A stretch of DNA of 17,839 nucleotides from Candidatus Hadarchaeota archaeon (GTDB taxonomy: Archaea; Hadarchaeota; Hadarchaeia; Hadarchaeales; JAWBSP01): positions 1 to 17,839 of the forward strand of contig CAYYWO010000013.1 of NCBI GenBank assembly GCA_964474885.1. Direction: 5' to 3'. The position numbers were made by a program, and so were the translations under genes. Below, piece by piece: positions 15,960 through 17,839 of the stretch. The stretch's first letter is position 1, and each line of letters opens with the position of its first letter. The notes beneath the pieces were generated by a model, which made no database searches, was not told where the DNA came from, and was given only the letters and a program-made list of their open reading frames with translations.

Positions 15960-16090
15960 GATCCATTGGATCCTGTTACAGGATCCTGTATTGGTCCAAT
16001 CTGAAGGAGGTTATAAACTATAACAGCAGCGCTTTAATAACTATAAGATCTGGTGGCTGGTACCAGCCCTTTAAGGTTATAGGTTATAAG
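15960..16090. repeat. Dense cluster of overlapping palindromes
   Basis: GATCCA-T-TGGATC, GGATCCTGT-T-ACAGGATCC, TACAGGATCCTGTA, ATTGG-T-CCAAT, GTTATA-AAC-TATAAC, GGCTGGTACCAGCC, plus three GGTTATA copies. Confidence 0.85.
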
Positions 16091-16104
16091 GTCGAAGGTT
16101 AGTG

Positions 16105-16290
16105 TTACTCTCCTCTAAGAGCATGAATAGCAAGGTATAGTATAACAGCACCAAACACAACTCCAGCGACAAGCGTTATAATCCCGTAAAGAGTTTGTAA
16201 TAGAAGTTTATAAACACCAAAACCTATCAAAACAATAAAGAAGATGACAATACCAATAATTGTTTTGATCGGATCTATTTCGTCTTCCAT
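16105..16290 (-). CDS. Two-TM membrane protein, 61 aa
   Basis: ATG directly abuts the HNH stop; two hydrophobic helices. Confidence 0.8.
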   Translation of the reverse strand: MEDEIDPIKTIIGIVIFFIVLIGFGVYKLLLQTLYGIITLVAGVVFGAVILYLAIHALRGE

Positions 16291-16833
16291 TCACCAGATC
16301 CTCCAGAAATCGTCGCTTTTCTTTTTTCTCTTGCGCTTGCTTGAGGATGAGTCACCCCAAAGAGATGGAACGTTTATTCCTAAGTCGAAGGATGACGATG
16401 ATTTCTTCTTTCGAGAGGATTCGCTTTTCTTAGAGGATTTTCCCCTCTTTGAGCTTGTTAAGGATGGAATATCAATCCCTAAGTCAAAAGATGATTCCTT
16501 CTTCCTTCGGGAAGATCTCCTTGAGCTTGTTAGGGATGGGATCTCGATCTCCAAGCTGAATCCAGAGGATTCTTTCTTAGCTTTAACAATCTTATGCCTG
16601 TCTCTCTTAGTTTTGATATGATGACATTCTGGGCAAAGCGCTTGAATGTTGCTTATGTCATCTTCTCCACCCAAAGCAAGCGGTTTCTTGTGATCAAAAT
16701 GAATAACACCTGGCTTGAGCCGCTTACCACACATTGCACACCTGTAATTCTGCCTTTCAAGAATAACTTGCTTCTCCCATTCAGAAAGCTTCTTTCTTTT
16801 CTTTTTCTTTTCACCAAATAGAAAATCAAACAT
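16291..16833 (-). CDS. HNH endonuclease with Ser/Lys-rich repeat tail
   Basis: CAMC...HFDHKKPLALGGEDDISNIQALCPECH; AAGGAG RBS favours ATG 16833; three FxLxIx[IV]PSL repeats. Confidence 0.9.
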   Translation of the reverse strand: MFDFLFGEKKKKRKKLSEWEKQVILERQNYRCAMCGKRLKPGVIHFDHKKPLALGGEDDISNIQALCPECHHIKTKRDRHKIVKAKKESSGFSLEIEIPSLTSSRRSSRRKKESSFDLGIDIPSLTSSKRGKSSKKSESSRKKKSSSSFDLGINVPSLWGDSSSSKRKRKKKSDDFWRIW

Positions 16834-16863
16834 TCCTATCAACTCCTTTCGTTAATTAAGCAA

Positions 16864-16989
16864 AGTTACTTCATAGTTACTTAAGAGTTACTGAACCGTA
16901 ACGGAATAGTTCGATCTTATTTATATAATATGATTAATAATGTAATATTATAGTCGATATAGTAACTCAATCGTAACGTTTAAGTAACT
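16864..16989. promoter_or_regulatory. Two inverted 11-bp-phased GTWAC arrays around an AT-rich core in a divergent promoter
   Basis: GTTAC at 16865, 16876, 16887; GTAAC at 16898, then 16962, 16973, 16984; TATA-like boxes lie between the arrays. Confidence 0.8.
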
Positions 16990-17018
16990 GTTGATCATAA
17001 ATAAGATTGGTGAGAAAG

Positions 17019-17171
17019 ATGGCAGTGTCAGTTAAAATCGAAATTCCAGAGGGAATGTATGAGGAAATTAAGAAGTTAGTCGACAGAAAGTTATTCAGGA
17101 ATGTAGCAGACTTCTTTTACATTGCAGGCCATGAAAAACTGTTTAGCATCAAAAGCTTGGAGAAAGAGTAA
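17019..17171 (+). CDS. CopG/Arc/MetJ-type RHH regulator, 50 aa (not in ORF track)
   Basis: GGTGA RBS at 17009-17013; MAVSVKIEIPEGMYEEIKKLVDRKLFRNVADFFYIAGHEKLFSIKSLEKE. Confidence 0.85.
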   Translation: MAVSVKIEIPEGMYEEIKKLVDRKLFRNVADFFYIAGHEKLFSIKSLEKE

Positions 17172-17180
17172 TTCTAATCA

Positions 17181-17187
17181 TTTTTTT
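17181..17187 (+). terminator. Oligo-T archaeal terminator
   Basis: T7 run about 10 nt after the RHH stop codon. Confidence 0.5.
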
Positions 17188-17313
17188 CATTGAAGATGTT
17201 GCTGAAACCGTTGTTAAAACTCCTTTCTACTTTTTTATCTTCTCAGAACGAAGAAAAAGGAGAGACGAGTTTGAGCGAATTGGAGAGATGGGTTGTTGGA
17301 AGATTGTGTTGAT

Positions 17314-17491
17314 GTTGCATGCAACTGTATGCTATAATATATGCATGCAACTGCATGCAATTAGAGTTAAATGTATGCGATACTATAAAAATACTTTATT
17401 CTCTTCTTTTCTCTCATACTTTATTCTACGATTTTCTTTTGAGGAGTGAATAATAAACCAAGTTATCTAAGTTGCATGCAACTGCATGCAA
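17314..17491. repeat. Three copies of a tandem TGCATGCA palindrome unit
   Basis: TGCATGCAACTG(C/T)ATGC at 17316, 17342 and 17473; ATACTTTATTCT direct repeat at 17391 and 17416. Confidence 0.85.
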
Positions 17492-17493
17492 GG

Positions 17494-17679
17494 CTAAGCC
17501 TTCGCCACTTCTTCAACTTGCTCTTTCTTTAACTCTCGTTCTTTATAATAATTTATTAAGTATCTAAGAACTTCTACATCGTGCTTTACACCTATTTTTT
17601 CTTTGATAAGTTCGAATATCTTTGCAACTTCCTCATCAGTTTTTATTTTCAGCTGAATATATTTTTTGGATCGCCCCAT
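17494..17679 (-). CDS. RHH-like DNA-binding protein, 61 aa
   Basis: IQLKIKTDEEVAKIFELIKEKIGVKHDVEVLRYLINYY strand-helix-helix pattern. Confidence 0.72.
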   Translation of the reverse strand: MGRSKKYIQLKIKTDEEVAKIFELIKEKIGVKHDVEVLRYLINYYKERELKKEQVEEVAKA

Positions 17680-17772
17680 TACAGAAAGTCGCTAAGAAAG
17701 CCTCGCTTTTCAAAGCGGGGATGAATTAGGGGAGGAGGGAGGGGGAGGTTGGTAGTAGGTTTTTATTAGACT

Positions 17773-17786
17773 AAAACTTTTAAATA
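17773..17786 (+). promoter_or_regulatory. BRE/TATA promoter of tnpA (leaderless)
   Basis: AAAAC-T-TTTAAATA centred about 26 nt upstream of ATG 17808; no RBS. Confidence 0.6.
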
Positions 17787-17807
17787 AATTGATGCACAAT
17801 TTAAACC

Positions 17808-17839
17808 ATGCAACTAAAATCAACGAGACACGCTAAATA
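17808..17839 (+). CDS. tnpA: Y1 transposase TnpA, first 10-11 codons
   Basis: MQLKSTRHAK(Y) fits the typical TnpA N-terminus preceding YHxVWxPKYR; lies next to the left-end hairpin. Confidence 0.72.
   Translation, partial: MQLKSTRHAK

Larger units (their letters stand above)
1..17682. mobile_element. Temperate archaeal virus, spindle-shaped (fusellovirus/TPV1/PAV1-like) gene content, excised form, probably incomplete
   Basis: Intact SSV-type integrase with internal tRNA-derived attP; two two-helix capsid-like proteins; B251-like ATPase; large C-terminally anchored adhesin followed by small TM genes; many RHH/AbrB regulators; tight gene packing; no housekeeping genes. Virion shape is inferred. 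Confidence 0.82.
17683..17839 (+). mobile_element. IS200/IS605-family element, left end (cut by window edge)
   Basis: TTAC target at 17679-17682; AAAG guide at 17697-17700 at the foot of hairpin CCTCGCTT-TTCA-AAGCGGGG (17701-17720), the same arrangement as the IS608 left end; a tnpA-like start follows. Confidence 0.82.

Noticed and set aside
222-16821. Other nested or antisense ORF-track entries (222, 2502, 3857, 4533, 4757, 7169, 7717, 8407, 9254, 13118, 14107, 14796, 15088, 15364, 16244, 16594)
   Set aside because: They overlap better-supported genes and lack an RBS or protein motifs.
17196-17312. 38-aa + strand ORF (MLLKPLLKLL...)
   Set aside because: No RBS, follows a terminator-like T-run, no motif; unsupported but not excluded.
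17314-17491. Mini-CRISPR array
   Set aside because: Units are under 20 bp, irregularly spaced, and lack a CRISPR-like ATTGAAA(G/C) end.
17807-17815. Fourth copy of the CATGCAACT motif
   Set aside because: It coincides with the tnpA start codons inside the IS; probably chance.
1-17839. Window is a closed circular genome
   Set aside because: No terminal repeat, no IS right end at the start, and joining the ends gives no continuous ORF.

Overview
The window is almost entirely the genome of a probably undescribed temperate archaeal virus with the gene set of spindle-shaped (fusellovirus/TPV1/PAV1-like) viruses. It appears to be the excised form, because the SSV-type integrase is intact and carries an internal attP matching the 3' half of tRNA-Val(TAC). 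GGAGGTGA ribosome-binding sites and the tRNA sequence point to a euryarchaeal host, possibly Archaeoglobi (inference). A long + strand block (2629-15322) encodes two capsid-like hairpin proteins that both carry class III (prepilin-type) cleavage signatures. It also encodes a membrane protein with an inserted D5-type winged helix, a P-loop ATPase with an AbrB-like tail, three very basic proteins, a secreted carbohydrate-binding/metallophosphoesterase fusion, a Pro-rich 703-aa protein and a large sequon-rich adhesin. The right end has an accessory and regulatory region: a truncated RHH-DUF488 gene, an HNH nuclease paired with a 2-TM protein, two small RHH genes and several distinct palindrome/iteron arrays. 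The window ends inside an IS200/IS605 element (left end plus the first tnpA codons). No replication gene is recognisable. All calls come from reading motifs by eye; no searches were run.
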